A stretch of 63,352 bases of DNA, filler included, from Octopus bimaculoides (taxonomy: Eukaryota), in assembly GCF_001194135.2 (NCBI RefSeq). It is 4 parts of 3 records of this genome, joined end to end, with 100 filler letters (N's around TTAATTAATTAA, not from the genome) between each part and the next. Parts side by side here need not be neighbours in the genome. Positions count along the whole stretch, not along the records: positions 21,369 to 49,518 come from NC_068985.1; positions 49,619 to 60,900 come from NC_068983.1; 2 more parts are not named here. One strand, given 5' to 3'. Below the pieces are notes generated by a model. That model was not told the origin of the DNA. It saw nothing but the letters and a program-made list of their open reading frames with translations, and made no database searches. Positions 37,661 through 52,524 of this stretch are shown here, one piece after another. The translations under genes were made by a program, and so were the position numbers. Every line of letters begins with the position of its first letter. Positions within the stretch are counted from its first letter, which is position 1.

Positions 37661-37941
37661 GAATGTAAGCTATGTTTATATATATATATATATNNNNNNN
37701 NNNNNNNNNNNNNNNNNNNNNNNNNNNNNNNNNNNNNNNNNNNNNNNNNNNNNNNNNNNNNNNNNNNNNNNNNNNNNNNNNNNNNNNNNNNNNNNNNNNN
37801 NNNNNNNNNNNNNNNNNNNNNNNNNNNNNNNNNNNNNNNNNNNNNNNNNNNNNNNNNNNNNNNNNNNNNNNNNNNNNNNNNNNNNNNNNNNNNNNNNNNN
37901 NNNNNNNNNNNNNNNNNNNNNNNNNNNNNCACACACACACA

Positions 37942-37981
<40 letters not shown>

Positions 37982-37985
37982 AAAA

Positions 37986-39322
<1,337 letters not shown>

Positions 39323-39479
39323 TGTGTGTGTGTGTATGTGTGTGTGTGTGTGTGTGTATGTATATATATCATATGCATGTTATATATATCCTTTTATTCT
39401 ATTTCTTTCAGTCATTTGAGTGCGGCCATGTTGGAGCACCACCTTAGTCGAACAAATCCCATTCCTATCGTTACGCTTG

Positions 39480-40700
39480 ACAGTTTCAAATTTCCTCATG
39501 GCTCCTTTATATACTCTGATCCTTTCTCTATGTCTGTATCCTCAGAACTTCATGCCGTGAACGAATATTGTATGTGTCTCTTTAACTCTGAAGGGTTGCA
39601 CATGCGGGACACATTTCTCATTACTCGGATGAGGTCAGCCATCAATATATTGAATTTGGCATTATACGTGATAGCTGAGTTCCAGTGGATTAGGTATTTG
39701 GAGGCCATAGGTTTGGCATAGTGTGAATGGAGGATTTGGGTTTTACTATTCACAGTTTCCAGCCAGAGTTCTGTATGCAGTACTGGTAGTCTATGGTTAG
39801 GGTGTCTTTAATACTCTGGTGGATGGAGTTAGCTATTTGCTCGATGCCCTCCATAGTATTAGTTTCTATTTATATTTCAAGGGTACTCTCTTGTGGGGGT
39901 GCCTTTACCACTATGTTGATATCATTGAAATAGCGTGAGTACATGTTCATTAGTATGGAGATCTGTGTCAGGCGTTCTTTAAGCCTCATATCCCACCAAA
40001 CCATGAAAAAGTTGGCCACATCACCGGCGATGCTAACCCCGATGGCCGCCCCTTGATCCTGGGTGTATATTTTGTTGTTACACTTAAACGTGTAGCATTT
40101 TAGGGTAACTCCTATACTAGCTCCTATTGCATGTGCGATCATTTTCTTCACTTGATATTAGTTTTTGGAGGTCCGTATGGCTCTGGTCCATCCGCTCCAT
40201 CTCTCTATAGGGGTCTTCCTAGCTATAAATGTAATTGTAGGGGTCCACTACTTAAACGTCTACTGGGGAAAAACTTCTAAATTCATATTTGTCTAGATTT
40301 TCATTGTCATATGTCGGTCTAAGTAGGAGGCCCAGTGTTGACACTGCGAAACTCCACTCCGCTCTCGCTGATCATCTCCATGTACTTCACCGCAAAATCC
40401 ACGTTGATGGATGGGTATAGGGACACCACATCCACCGTGCTACACACTATACATCCTGTCAGGTTGCAGGTGTTGTTACAGTCTTTGAATCTGCTGAGAA
40501 CTTCCGTGCTGTCACAAAAATCTGGTGACATCTAGATTATGGAGCGTATGATCATTGAGAGGAAGTAGGAGATCTTGTAGTTGCTAGCGACATTCGCTCC
40601 GCAGACCGGTCTCGTTGGTGGTCCCGACACTGTATTGGTAGTTATTTTTTGGTCCTTGCGGAGTCCATACAGCGTCAGGATATCGTTGTTCCAGGCTTGG
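39480..40700 (-). pseudogene. Penelope-like element reverse transcriptase fragment
   Basis: LYGLRKDQK..PTRPVCG, VDVVSLYPSI, YTQDQGAAIG..AGDVAN, YSRYFND (YxDD decayed), thumb HYAKPMASKYLIH. Confidence 0.85.
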
Positions 40701-40709
40701 AACATAGAT

Positions 40710-41330
40710 ATATGTGTGAATGTGGATACGTATTAATGTGTTCGCCCATATACATATATGTACATATATGCGTATATACGTATATGCGCAGATATGTGTG
40801 TGCGTGTAGATGTATGTATATGTGTAAGTACATGTGAGGGTCTGTGTGTATATATATATATATATATGGACGTACGGATACATATATGTATGTGTATATA
40901 TTTATGCGTGCGTACTTGCATATATACAGATTTTCTTATATTTATTTATACCTTATAAATTTATATTACACTTTACCTTGTTTATATTTAAATTTCCTCT
41001 ATCATCTCTATTTAATTTATTCATTTATTACTCTAATTCTATTCACCTACTCTACCTTATTTCAATCAACCTGCAAACTCCTTGCCCGAACATAAAAATA
41101 CAAATCACAGACAGTATCATTCAGTCTGCAATAATGAATCCATAAACACATATATGAAGCATCCATTGGTATATTTTTCCCTTTGAAGATATTATACTCA
41201 AGTCATATGAATTTAATATTTAATAAGTTCACTGAGTATTAATTGAAACAGCTGTAAGAGAGGATGATTGATTTGTTGTTAATAATAAACAATTATTAGC
41301 TTCCCAATCTCCATTTTCTTTTTCTTCTTA
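40710..41330 (+). repeat. Dispersed repeat, direct copy of 37060-37660
   Basis: Alignment by eye. Confidence 0.9.
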
Positions 41331-41406
41331 TANNNNNNNNNNNNNNNNNNNNNNNNNNNNNNNNNNNNNNNNNNNNNNNNNNNNNNNNNNNNNNNNNNNN
41401 NNNNNN

Positions 41407-41438
<32 letters not shown>

Positions 41439-42030
41439 CATGCATATATACCGGGTATGTATGTAAAAGTATATGCATCAATGTGTATTTTACTCTACTT
41501 GTTTACCTTCTACACCTACTTATTTAACAATGACAGTATTAGAATTCTATTTGAATTTTCGCTTGTTTACTTTCATTTATTTCATTCACTTTATATAACG
41601 TTGATTTCGATTTAGTTTGAAATGCTCGTCCTCCTTCACAGTTGTCTTTACATATAAGCAGTTATCTTACTCAGTATATATATTTCTTTAACGCTCGTAT
41701 CCTGAGTTTGCTTTTGTTTCTTTGATAGCGTATTCCCCTATCTTTATATATTGTTGATCACCTAAGTATTTTTATTTTCTGAACAGCCATCGGCGAAACG
41801 ATCTATCTACTTTGTAAGCCTTTATTTTATCGAATTAAAAAACAAAAACAAAAAAAAAACCAAGAGCACCAATAGTTTTTGTGTTGTGTACTTTTTGATT
41901 AACTGTGACATCTACATTCGCCCAGAGATATACCCAAGTACATAGTTTTCTAAATATACATTTATACATGTATACATGCACACAGACTTTATATATCTAT
42001 GTACATATATATACATACATGTATATACAT

Positions 42031-42088
<58 letters not shown>

Positions 42089-42141
42089 ATATATGTGTGT
42101 ATATATTTATATATGTATCTATCTATCTATCTATCTATCTA

Positions 42142-42174
<33 letters not shown>

Positions 42175-42308
42175 CTATACTTATCTATGTATCTATCTAT
42201 CTAGTTATGCATATATATATGTATATGTATACACAGACATATATATGAATACATATATATGTATATATGTATGTATGTATATATATATATATATATATNN
42301 NNNNNNNN

Positions 42309-42342
<34 letters not shown>

Positions 42343-42443
42343 GTATGTGTAGGTGTGTGTATGCATACAGTATATATAATGCATACGTACATGCACGCAC
42401 ATATGCATTTGTAAACACACACATGCACACACACATACACACA

Positions 42444-42565
<122 letters not shown>

Positions 42566-43061
42566 TCAGTGATATATTTGACCATCACTTTCATTGAAGT
42601 ACAATTTCTGTTGGCTTCTGTTTTTCTGAAACGTTCGCAATTTTGGCATGCCTTTAAATATCAAACTCTTTCTTTCTTGATAACGAAGTAGATCTTTCAT
42701 TGGCTTATTTCCCATTTACCACTTCTAAAGACCTGTTTCTCTGCTATTGTTTCTTTGATGCTGATCAATATTCTGTTATCTGACATGTTACACCCCATCC
42801 CCAATCCGAACCACTCTTGTTAAATATCTTCTTTCCTTTTCGCTTTTTCTTTCCTTCTGTATTTTCGCTAATCACATGGTACAGTTCCTGTATTTTAGAG
42901 TTTCCGGCTTCAATTTAGTTTTCTTTTCAAGAAGCTTCTTTTATAAAATTTAGCGAGACTATTCAGCATTTGAAAATTTTACGAAAGGTTTGTTACGTAA
43001 ATCAATTATCATTTTATTTAAAATTCCAAACGTAGGCATTATCATGGATACACACACACTC

Positions 43062-43108
<47 letters not shown>

Positions 43109-43118
43109 NNNNNNNNNN

Positions 43119-43153
<35 letters not shown>

Positions 43154-43156
<3 letters not shown>

Positions 43157-43990
43157 GGCACAGGCGTGGGTGTGTGATAAGAAGATTGCTTCCCACCCAC
43201 AAGTGTCTTCTTGGGCAAGTGTCTTCTTGAGCAAGTGTCTTCTACTATAGCCCTAAGTCAACCAAAACCTGTGACGGAAACTGAAAGCTCGTTGTATATT
43301 ACCCTACCTTTGGTATTTGAGTAATATTCGAGTAAGAAGCTTGCTTCTCAACCACATGGCACCCTGGCCTCAGGCCGATTCGAGCCTTGTGAGTGGATTT
43401 GGTAAACAGAAACTGGAAGAAGCCCGTCGTATATATATATGTATGCGTGTGCGCGCGCGTGTGTCATTCCCATCACTGGCTGACAACTGGTGTTGGTGTG
43501 TTTACGTCCACGTAATTTAACGGTTCGGAAAAAGATCCCGATAGATGCAGCGGGAAATTTAGAGTGTCACGTGACAACTAGCTGGGGCTGCCTGCTGGAG
43601 CCTAGCAGCAGATATAAAAAGGGGAACTTGACACGACGATCAGTCGGACGCTGACACTCGTTGATGCTGCATCGAAGAGGCCAGGGAATAGAAGAAAGAA
43701 GACATGCACCCAACACCAGAGCTGAAGACACCTCCGAAAGGAGGGGCCCCGCCACGTCAAAACGGTAGAGGAGTAGGGGCCGAAACCAGACGTGGTTCCT
43801 CCTGATGATGTCTTCAGCTAACTGGATCCTATAAAGGAGCTGTTGTGGTAGCAGACCACGAAACATGGTTGAAATTCCTCAGTACTAGACATAAGAAAAT
43901 AAGTCCTCGGATCGATTTGTTCTACTCATAAACCCTTCAAGGCGGTGCTCCAGCATGGCCACTGTCAGATGGCTGAAACAAGTAAAAGAA
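43154..43990 (+). mobile_element. SINE family A (rearranged double head) interrupted by a 334-bp insertion
   Basis: Heads at about 43154-43290 and 43325-43430; body resumes at AGTACTAG 43881 and ends GCTGAAACAAGTAAAAGA. Confidence 0.75.
43547..43880. mobile_element. Unclassified GC-richer, highly structured insertion
   Basis: Splits the SINE consensus GATAGA|AGTACTAG; contains palindrome TGTCACGTGACA and several hairpins; no clear TSD. Confidence 0.6.
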
Positions 43991-44587
43991 TGAAAGAATA
44001 CACACACACACATGTATGTATAAAGACATAAATAAATGAATATATATATATAATTCGTTAACATATTTCTCTTATTGGCCTGATGTCACGCTAGGGCGCT
44101 GACTTGACAACAGTATGTACATACATGCATACATACATACATTCATACATACATACATACATACATACATGCATACATAAATACATATATACAGACAGAC
44201 AAACAGATCGACATACGTATGTACACATACATACATACCTACATGTGTACAAAAGTACAAACGTTACACTTTATTATTTTTGTGTATGAGCATGTGGATG
44301 TGCGTGTGAATATTTGAAAAGTGTGTGTGTACGTAGCATACTTTTTTCTTGAATTAATTATCGAGAGAGGGGATTGGTTTCTAATAGAAATCTTCAACGC
44401 TGGAATTTAAAGAATATGTATGTGTGCATGTATATGTTTGTATGTGAGTATAAATTCAAGTATAAATATGTGTATGTGTGCATGTATGTATGTGTATATG
44501 TATGTATATGTATCTATGTACGTGTATGCGAAGAAGTGCATGCGTATGTTTGCTTGTATGCGTATCTATCTATCTATCTATCTATCC

Positions 44588-44644
<57 letters not shown>

Positions 44645-44781
44645 ACTATCCATGTATATATACATAGCGCATATATATATAGGTGTGTTTGTGTGTGTGT
44701 GTGTGTGCGTGCGTGCATGTGCGTGTGTGTATGTGTACGTATGTGCGTGTATATGTATAGCCATGTAGGTATCTACTATAT

Positions 44782-45087
44782 TGTTGTTGGCACTCCGTCG
44801 CTTACGACATCGAGGATTCCAGTTGATTCGATCAACGGAACAGCCTGCTCGTGAAATTAACGTGCAAGTGGCTGAGCACTCCACAGGCACCACAGAAACA
44901 GGAAGTAAGAGTGAGAGAAAGTTGTGGTGAAAGAGTACAGCAGGGTTCGCCACCATCCCCTGCCGGAGCCTCATGGAGCTTTAGGTGTTTTCTCTCAATA
45001 AACACTCACAACGCCTGGTCTGGGAATCGAAACCGCGATCCTATGACCGCGAGTCTGCTGCCCTAACCACTGGGCCATTGCACCTCC
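44782..45087 (-). mobile_element. SINE family C with internal deletion
   Basis: Reverse complement of 61696-62093 lacking about 90 bp of the middle. Confidence 0.85.
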
Positions 45088-45526
45088 ACCCCCATCCATC
45101 TACTATATGCACACATGCTTACCTATTTATGTATGTATTTGTGTATGTAAGCATTCATAAAATTCAGTAATTGTGTTGCATGAATACATAGATATACATA
45201 TATACAAGGTGGGCCAAAAGTCACGCACAAAATAAATTCAATAAGCTCTGGAACTGTCGAAGAGATACTTTCATTTTTCTAAAATTGAATAAAATAAATA
45301 AAATAATGGTGAATATGCACGTACAAGTACATGATGAACAAAATGAATAATGATAATAATACTAACCTAATATAAATAAAATCTTAAACGCTTTGGTGCC
45401 CGATTTTTGAGCCACTCTGTATATGTGTTGCATATGTAGCTCTCTGTCTGTCTCTGCACATATATGAGTGTGTGTGTGTGTATCTATGTATAAGTATTCA
45501 TACACACACACACACGCACGCACACT

Positions 45527-45590
<64 letters not shown>

Positions 45591-46341
45591 CACATATATA
45601 TATGTATGTCTATAACAAATAAATATATAAATGCAAATATATGCATTTTCTGTTTGCTAGCGAACTTTTATGTACGCATGCGTATTGTTGTAATTTCTAA
45701 TGACATTGTAAAATAATGTACCATTCTCCTCCCAACACGCGTCACCCTCACTAACTCAGCATTAACCTCTTGTTTTTCTTTCTATATTTTTATGACCTTT
45801 CACCAAATAGCTGTTAGAATGTCGGTGTTGTAAGCCAGCGAAATTACTGGCCATAAAAGATGGTTTTATCTACATAAATTACTATTGCCAGTAAATGCAA
45901 TTAAATTTTGTTTGAATAACAACTCTTAAGAAGCTATTCCAGAGTTTTTCATTCAACGAACAGAAGGCTTTAGAAATATGTTAGATTGCTTTCCGTATGT
46001 TATTGCTTTTCTTTAAGATGCCAGAATAAGACAAAATAAAATAAAATGAAACAAAAACAAAAAAAACCTAATAAATTGATAAAATGAATAAGAAAATAAA
46101 TAGTAATGTAAAATAAGGTGAAATAAAATTTAAGAAAAGAGCCGCCATTTTTCCAATACAAAGGCCTTTATGCTTGTCGTTTTAATTGAATCGCGATATT
46201 TGATAGCGTATAATAAAATTTGGGTGTGGGGATACATTTTCTAGGACAAAGGAGTTCAGATTTAGCTTCTCCTTATTTTAATTATTTTAATGTTTTATAG
46301 AAATACAACCTAGCATCAAGTTGCATACGTACATACATACG

Positions 46342-46372
<31 letters not shown>

Positions 46373-46387
46373 ATATANNNNNNNNNN

Positions 46388-46453
<66 letters not shown>

Positions 46454-47029
46454 ACACATACACACACGCACACACACATATGCACACAAGCACACACTAC
46501 TAGATTATTCACGCATGTAAAAATATAAAAATCACTTCATAGACACGTGTACAATTTGCACTCATTCGATGAAGAGACCTTCAATGAGGTCATGTTAATT
46601 TCGTTGTTACATTTAGATCAAGTCACAATTGCTGCTTACATCAATAAAACTATACCTCAAGCCCTGAAACATCAAACCCCAAGCTCTAAACGCCTAAACA
46701 CACGTAGCACTTAACTAAGAAACCGCAGAGTCGATATGAATTCGGGGTCAGAACATTACTGATGATCTTTACTGGCCAACACATCCATAACAAAGCAAAG
46801 ACGTCTTGCTCTTCAGAGACCACCCCTACCAATTTACATAGAGCAATCCAGCAACATCATACACGCACACACATTACACGCATACGCACACGCACGTTTT
46901 GCCCTTCCCTAATCTTCCGCGAACTTACTATTCTTTTCCTTTTCCCTTTTTCCTTTTTCTTTCTCTCTCGCCTTTCCCTTTGGCTTTCCCCCTTGTAACC
47001 TTTCTACATTTTTCCAACCATGCCGACTT

Positions 47030-48055
47030 TCTTAACTGTTGATTGCACCAACTCCGCTTCGCCTCACTATGGGTTCCGATTCCTCTTTCAACCAACATCA
47101 TATTCTACCTTCTTCCTTGAACATATTCTCTCCCATCCCTCCCAACTTCTTTGGCTACCACCTTCCATTCCATCATTTCTCAGATTCTTGTCCTACCGTC
47201 ATCTTCTCCAATACCTCCTCTGTTTCTCTTCCATTTGCTACTTTCCTGCTTAACCGACTTCATTAACTTCCTTAAGACTCACACATTGCACTCATTCCTC
47301 AACCCCAGGATTCCAGCAGCCACCACTCTCCACTTATCAATTACCAACCCTTCTGTTCATACCTACCTGTCCCCTCTTCATTTTTCCTTCCTCACTTCTT
47401 CCTTTCCAACCGCCTTTTCACACACTACTCATAACCGTTCCGTTTCCTTCTCTCACTCTTGTCTTTCCTATACTCTTCACTGCCATCCTATTTACCTAAC
47501 ATTTACCCGCTCTTTCCGCGACACTCTGCCTCAAACCACTCTGCCTACTCCAACTCATTCTCTACTAACTCTTTCACTCCACTCGCTGTTGCCACCTACT
47601 TCTGTCTCAAGTTGAGAGCTTCCTTCCAAATAGGGGCTTGCCTTGCTTATCTCTAACACCTGCTAGCAATGAGTTTTGGATCTTCTCTGGGGTTGAGCAG
47701 TGTTTGCGCTGCATAAAACTGCGCGCCTTTTTAAATGGTATATCTCTTGCACCAAACGTCCACGATTGTTTTATTGACCTGAGCCACCAACCATTATAAT
47801 CGACGCCAAGCCCAGATCAATTCAGCAGCCTGGACCTGTTCATTGAATTATGTCACTACGCAGTAGACTGCTGTGATTCCCAAAAGCTTTCAGGATGCTC
47901 AAACCTTTCCAGATTGAACTATCTACTCTTCGCTCTCTTTGATACCGAGAAGACATCATCATCAAACCAGTAGATAAAGGGAGAGCACTGGTTGTATGGG
48001 GTATCGACCTTTATAGGGCAGGAGCGCTGTAACAGCTCCAGAACGCCTTCTTCTG
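47030..48055 (+). pseudogene. Penelope-like element N-terminal/RT-proximal fragment
   Basis: Degenerate translation includes EQCLRCIKLRAF and REDIIIKPVDKGRALVVW (IIKPADKG motif of PLE RTs). Confidence 0.65.
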
Positions 48056-48526
48056 TCTTTCATTTTGCTTCGTATACGTGAGAGCGCGCGAGAACACACA
48101 CACACGCAGACACATACACACACTCCTCTCACCCTCTCTCACATACGCGCACACACACACATATGTTCACACCAAAATACGTCGTTAAAAGAGATTTATT
48201 TACTTGCAACACAGATGCTTCTATATTTGCATTTTAAATGGAATTTACTAGTTGGTAAGATTAAAGCATCTAACTTGGAAGGATAAAATTCTGAGAGTCG
48301 CTTTAGTGTAATTAACAATTTGCTGTCTGAATTACAGAAAATGCAAGCTTCAAGCTCTGCAGTCAGATTTCCGTTGTTTCCCGTCAGAGTGTATATTTTT
48401 ATTATATGTTATTCATACATGATTTTGCTTCAAGATATATCATTAACAAAGACTTATTGACATATTCCTTGTTGCGTGCATTCTGTATCTATGTGGATGT
48501 ACATACATACATACATACATATATAC

Positions 48527-48616
<90 letters not shown>

Positions 48617-48620
<4 letters not shown>

Positions 48621-48785
48621 GAGAGGTTTCTTTTAGTTTCCGTCTACCAAATCCACTCACAAGACTTTTGTCGGCCCGAGGCTAGAGTAGAAGACACTGC
48701 CCAAGATACCTCGCAGTGGAACTGAACCCAAAGCCATGTGGTTGAGAGACAATCTTCTTACCACACATCCACGCCTGCGCCTAAG
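48617..48785 (-). mobile_element. SINE family A, 5' half
   Basis: Homologous to 4780-4945; abuts (AC)n(AT)n. Confidence 0.8.
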
Positions 48786-49518
48786 GTATGTACATACATG
48801 TACATATATATGCATATACTCATATATTATTTGTATTACACGATCGAACGCACGCGTCACCCGTACAAGTAAGTTTTGAACTTTGTTTTCTGACGCGACT
48901 CTTTCTATCTTTGTATCCATCTCTCCCTCTCATTCTTCCTTCTACTGTTCTTCGCCTCTCCCCTTCACTACTATATACGTCTCTCTCTCTGTCTCTCGTT
49001 GCTCACTTATATTCTACTTCCTCCCCTTTTTCTCCCTCTATCACTCTTTCTCCTTACCCCTCACTGGTCACATGTGCCCAGTCACTCACTCTTTTCATAT
49101 CTTGGTCTCCCCAAGCTCGCACGTACATTTTCGTCCTTCCAGTTCATGCTTCACAGCGTTCAGTATACACATACTTTTTCACGTCTGGCCGTAAAGCCTT
49201 TTTTGCTTGTTTATTTCACTGTTTCGTTTTCCTGTCTTGTTTTCCGTCCACCACTATCCTCCATGGAACAAATTTAATTTGTGTCCATGGGAAGAGCCAT
49301 TTTAACGATGCGTCCTGCCCTAACTCTTCGAAACGTTAGTGTCATAATGGTGGCAGCTGATGAAGGAAATGTTCTCTATGTGGCCTGTGTGTTTTCTGTA
49401 CCCTGTTTATCATTTTGTCCATGTTTTTTTGCAACGTCATGTACCCAGATATGCATCTATATATACATGTAGATGAAGGTGTATACATACATGTACATAT
49501 ATATGCATATACTCATGT
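48785..49518 (+). mobile_element. Unclassified repeat with terminal redundancy (same family as 5092-6025)
   Basis: Begins and ends with TACATACATGTACATATATATGCATATACTCAT; shares GAAACG..GGCAGCTGATGAAGGAAA block with 5300-5370. Confidence 0.6.
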
Positions 49519-49618
49519 NNNNNNNNNNNNNNNNNNNNNNNNNNNNNNNNNNNNNNNNNNNNTTAATTAATTAANNNNNNNNNNNNNNNNNNNNNNNNNN
49601 NNNNNNNNNNNNNNNNNN

Positions 49619-51666
49619 TTTCTTACGAAGGGTGAAAAAATGTTTTCCATATTCTTCATCTCCATATGTTGGTTAATTCAATTAGGAAATAAAACCTAAT
49701 GATGATGTAATTAGCAACTAGCACATTTTGTTTCTTAGTTTTTGTTTGCTTTTATGTTTAAATTCTTTACTTGACTGTTATATTTCTTACGAAGGGTGAA
49801 AAAATGTTTTCCATATTCTTAATCGCCGTATTTTCCCCGTACATTGAAAAATAAATGGTGAAAAGATCAATGGGTGTGGGGGGTGAAATTTCTGAGGCTG
49901 AAAATGTAAAATGCTTTTTTTTCTTCTTAAACATTGAGATACACTTTCAAATATAGGATGTTTTTGAAATACACTATATTTTATAATGACATTATATATA
50001 CTTTCTCACACAACAATTAGTGAAAATCATGCGAGTGTTATCTAAAAATTTAGCTGTAGTTTTTCATGGTAAATTTGAGATTTAAAAATATGTTTTCCAT
50101 ATTCTTCATCTCCGTATGTTGGTTAATTCAATTAGAAAGTAAAACCTAATGACGATGTAATTAGCAACTAGCACATTGAACGATATCAGGGATTCTACAG
50201 CTTCTATGCTTTCGGGAGATTTCCGACAAACCCTTCCTGTCGTCCTTAAATGGAGCAGGGCTGATGAAGTGTGTGCATGCCTTAAGTCATCCACGTTGTG
50301 GCCCCAGGTTAAGACGTTAAGCCTAGGCACAAACATGCGTGCGCACTTGCTTGGTGATAGCACGTCTACAGCATTTGCTCAAGATATTTTAGCCCTTGGA
50401 GAAGGGAAGGTTCCTAACAATGATAAGGGTGACATATCCATCTCTGAACTGTGCAACACAGTGGACAACCCTTCTAATCTTTTGGAAACAGTGTTCCCCA
50501 ATCTGGAAAGTAACTATGCAGACATCAATTGGCTCAGTGAAAGAACCATCCTGGCCCCCAAAAATGGAGCTGTCAGTGCTGTCAATGACCAACTCATAAG
50601 CCGAATTCTGGGTGAGGAGCGCATCTACAAATCGATTGACCGGACCTGTGACCCCCAAGACATTATCAATTACCCTATCGAGTTTCTCAACTTATTGGAG
50701 CCAGCAGGGCTTCCACCTCACATTCTTAGGCTAAGGGTTGGATGTCCAATTATGCTAATCAGAAACTTGCTTCTGCCTAAACAGTGCAACGGGATCCACT
50801 TAGTAGTTAAGTCCCTGATGCCCCACTTGATTGAGGCCAGCATTGTTACAGAGTACAGGAGGGGTGAAAATGTTTTCATTTCAAGGATGCACCTTTATCC
50901 CTTGGGGTCAGACATGCCATTTCACTTCCGCAGATCGCAGTTCCCGGTGAGACCATGCTTTGCCATGTCCATCAACAAATCCCAAGGCCAAACACTATCG
51001 GTGGCAGGTATCCATTTGGGGGAGCCATGCTTTTCGCATGGGAAACTTTATGTGGCCTGCTCCCATGTGGGTAGTAGAAACACTCTTTTTGTGTATGCTC
51101 CTCAGGGAAGAACACGCAATGTTGTCTATAGCAAAGTTTTATAGACAAGTTGTCATTGCAGCCGATGTGGTTATAAACAGTGATCTGAAAGCATTGGCCA
51201 GACATATTCTCAAACCATGGCAATATGACTTATGGACTCTTCCTCTTTTTTATTGGACAATGCTAACTTCTCCAACAATACTCACTCGGCTGATATCAGT
51301 GATTGGCTAAGTTGCTCATAAAGTTAACCTAGAGGGGCAGGCCCCCTATGTTTTGGTTAAGGCTGTGGTAAGTTTTCATAAATTGCTCCAATCCAGATCC
51401 CCAATGCAAACCTTCAGATCGACCTTCTCCTATGCAGATCTCTAATGCAACTTTAAAAAAAGCAGTCAATGAGTGGAAATAACCAATAAACTAATTCCTT
51501 ATGGGATTTCACAAATAAATTGCCAGCAAACCATTTTCAGCCAAACCAATTTCAATGGATTTCACTCAAATCTGATGTCAATGTTACTTAATTTGGTTTG
51601 AAATAAAGCACTTGATCACTTTATAATCCTAGCTTAATCCCGGGCAACGCCTGGCTATACTGCTAG
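49619..51666 (+). mobile_element. Helitron, internally deleted, with intact 3' terminus
   Basis: PIF1 helicase remnant; subterminal GC hairpin CCCGGGCAACGCCTGG 51639-51654 followed by CTAG|T at 51663-51667. Confidence 0.85.
50176..51144 (+). CDS. Helitron PIF1-family helicase, C-terminal fragment (open 322 aa, lacks Rep and motif I)
   Basis: GDFRQTLPV, ILAPKN, LPPHILRLRVGCPIMLIRNL, QFPVRPCFAMSINKSQGQTL, SHGKLYVACS motifs. Confidence 0.85.
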   Translation: MNDIRDSTASMLSGDFRQTLPVVLKWSRADEVCACLKSSTLWPQVKTLSLGTNMRAHLLGDSTSTAFAQDILALGEGKVPNNDKGDISISELCNTVDNPSNLLETVFPNLESNYADINWLSERTILAPKNGAVSAVNDQLISRILGEERIYKSIDRTCDPQDIINYPIEFLNLLEPAGLPPHILRLRVGCPIMLIRNLLLPKQCNGIHLVVKSLMPHLIEASIVTEYRRGENVFISRMHLYPLGSDMPFHFRRSQFPVRPCFAMSINKSQGQTLSVAGIHLGEPCFSHGKLYVACSHVGSRNTLFVYAPQGRTRNVVYSKVL

Positions 51667-51674
51667 TGTATATA

Positions 51675-51905
51675 TAACGTCCACTTCACTGGATGGCAAA
51701 CTGGATGGCTGCACCAGGCTCCAGTTTGATCTGGCAGAGTTTCTACAGCTGGATGCCCTTCCTAATGCCAACCACTCCGAGTGTGTAGTAGGTGCTTTTA
51801 CGTGCCATCAGCACGAGAGCCAGTCAGGCGGTACTGGCAACGACCACACTCAAAATGGTGTTTTTTACATGTCACCTGCACAGGAGCCAGTCCAGCAGCA
51901 CTGGC
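51675..51905 (-). mobile_element. RTE 3' UTR / RTE-tailed short element
   Basis: GCTGGATGCCCTTCCTAA block shared with 52525, 53003 and 56105. Confidence 0.75.
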
Positions 51906-52524
51906 AAGATTCCTAGATATTATAAATAATATTTGATAATATTCTATGGATGTGAAAATGTCCTCACAAATGAGCATGGGGGATGCAGAAATATATGTTA
52001 CAATACATGAATAAAGTCTAGAAATTTCCACCCACAAGTCATTTTTGTCATTACTCTATCTATTCTAAGCTGTAAGGTGTTCTACATACATAACAATCCC
52101 ATAGGATTACTCTGGTAGATGGGAATAATACGTGGTAGCTGACAACAGGAAGCAAAGAAGCTTTTATAAGCACATCTGCCCTAAACAAATTAAAAGCATA
52201 TTTATGTATATATTTATACATACATATTTATATATGTATTTATACAATTATTAAATGAAACAAGCATGGAGTACTTACATTCAGAACTTCGAGCTTCTCA
52301 GTAGTAATTTGATTGCTAATGTTCTTCAGCTGTTGCAAACATATAACATCAATGTAACGTGCTTACAAAAGCTGAAGAACATTAACATTCAAATTGCTAT
52401 TGAGAAACTTGGAATTCTGAATATAAGTATTCCATGACTGTGTTATTTAATAAACTTAGCACTCTATTTACAATGATTTTGAGGTCTATTTTGTTTGCTG
52501 TTACATATGTGGTTTGTTGATATA

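Noticed and set aside
49325-49375. Circularly permuted (type II) hammerhead GAAACG..CTGATGA
   Set aside because: Stem II would be only about 3 bp and competes with a perfect GAAGAG/CTCTTC helix; stem I differs between the two copies. Kept only as a conserved-box observation
50260-50275. CTGATGA inside the helicase ORF
   Set aside because: Encodes conserved ADE residues; no ribozyme partner motifs
50176-51144. Host PIF1 gene
   Set aside because: Intronless, lacks motif I, and followed by a Helitron 3' hairpin and CTAG
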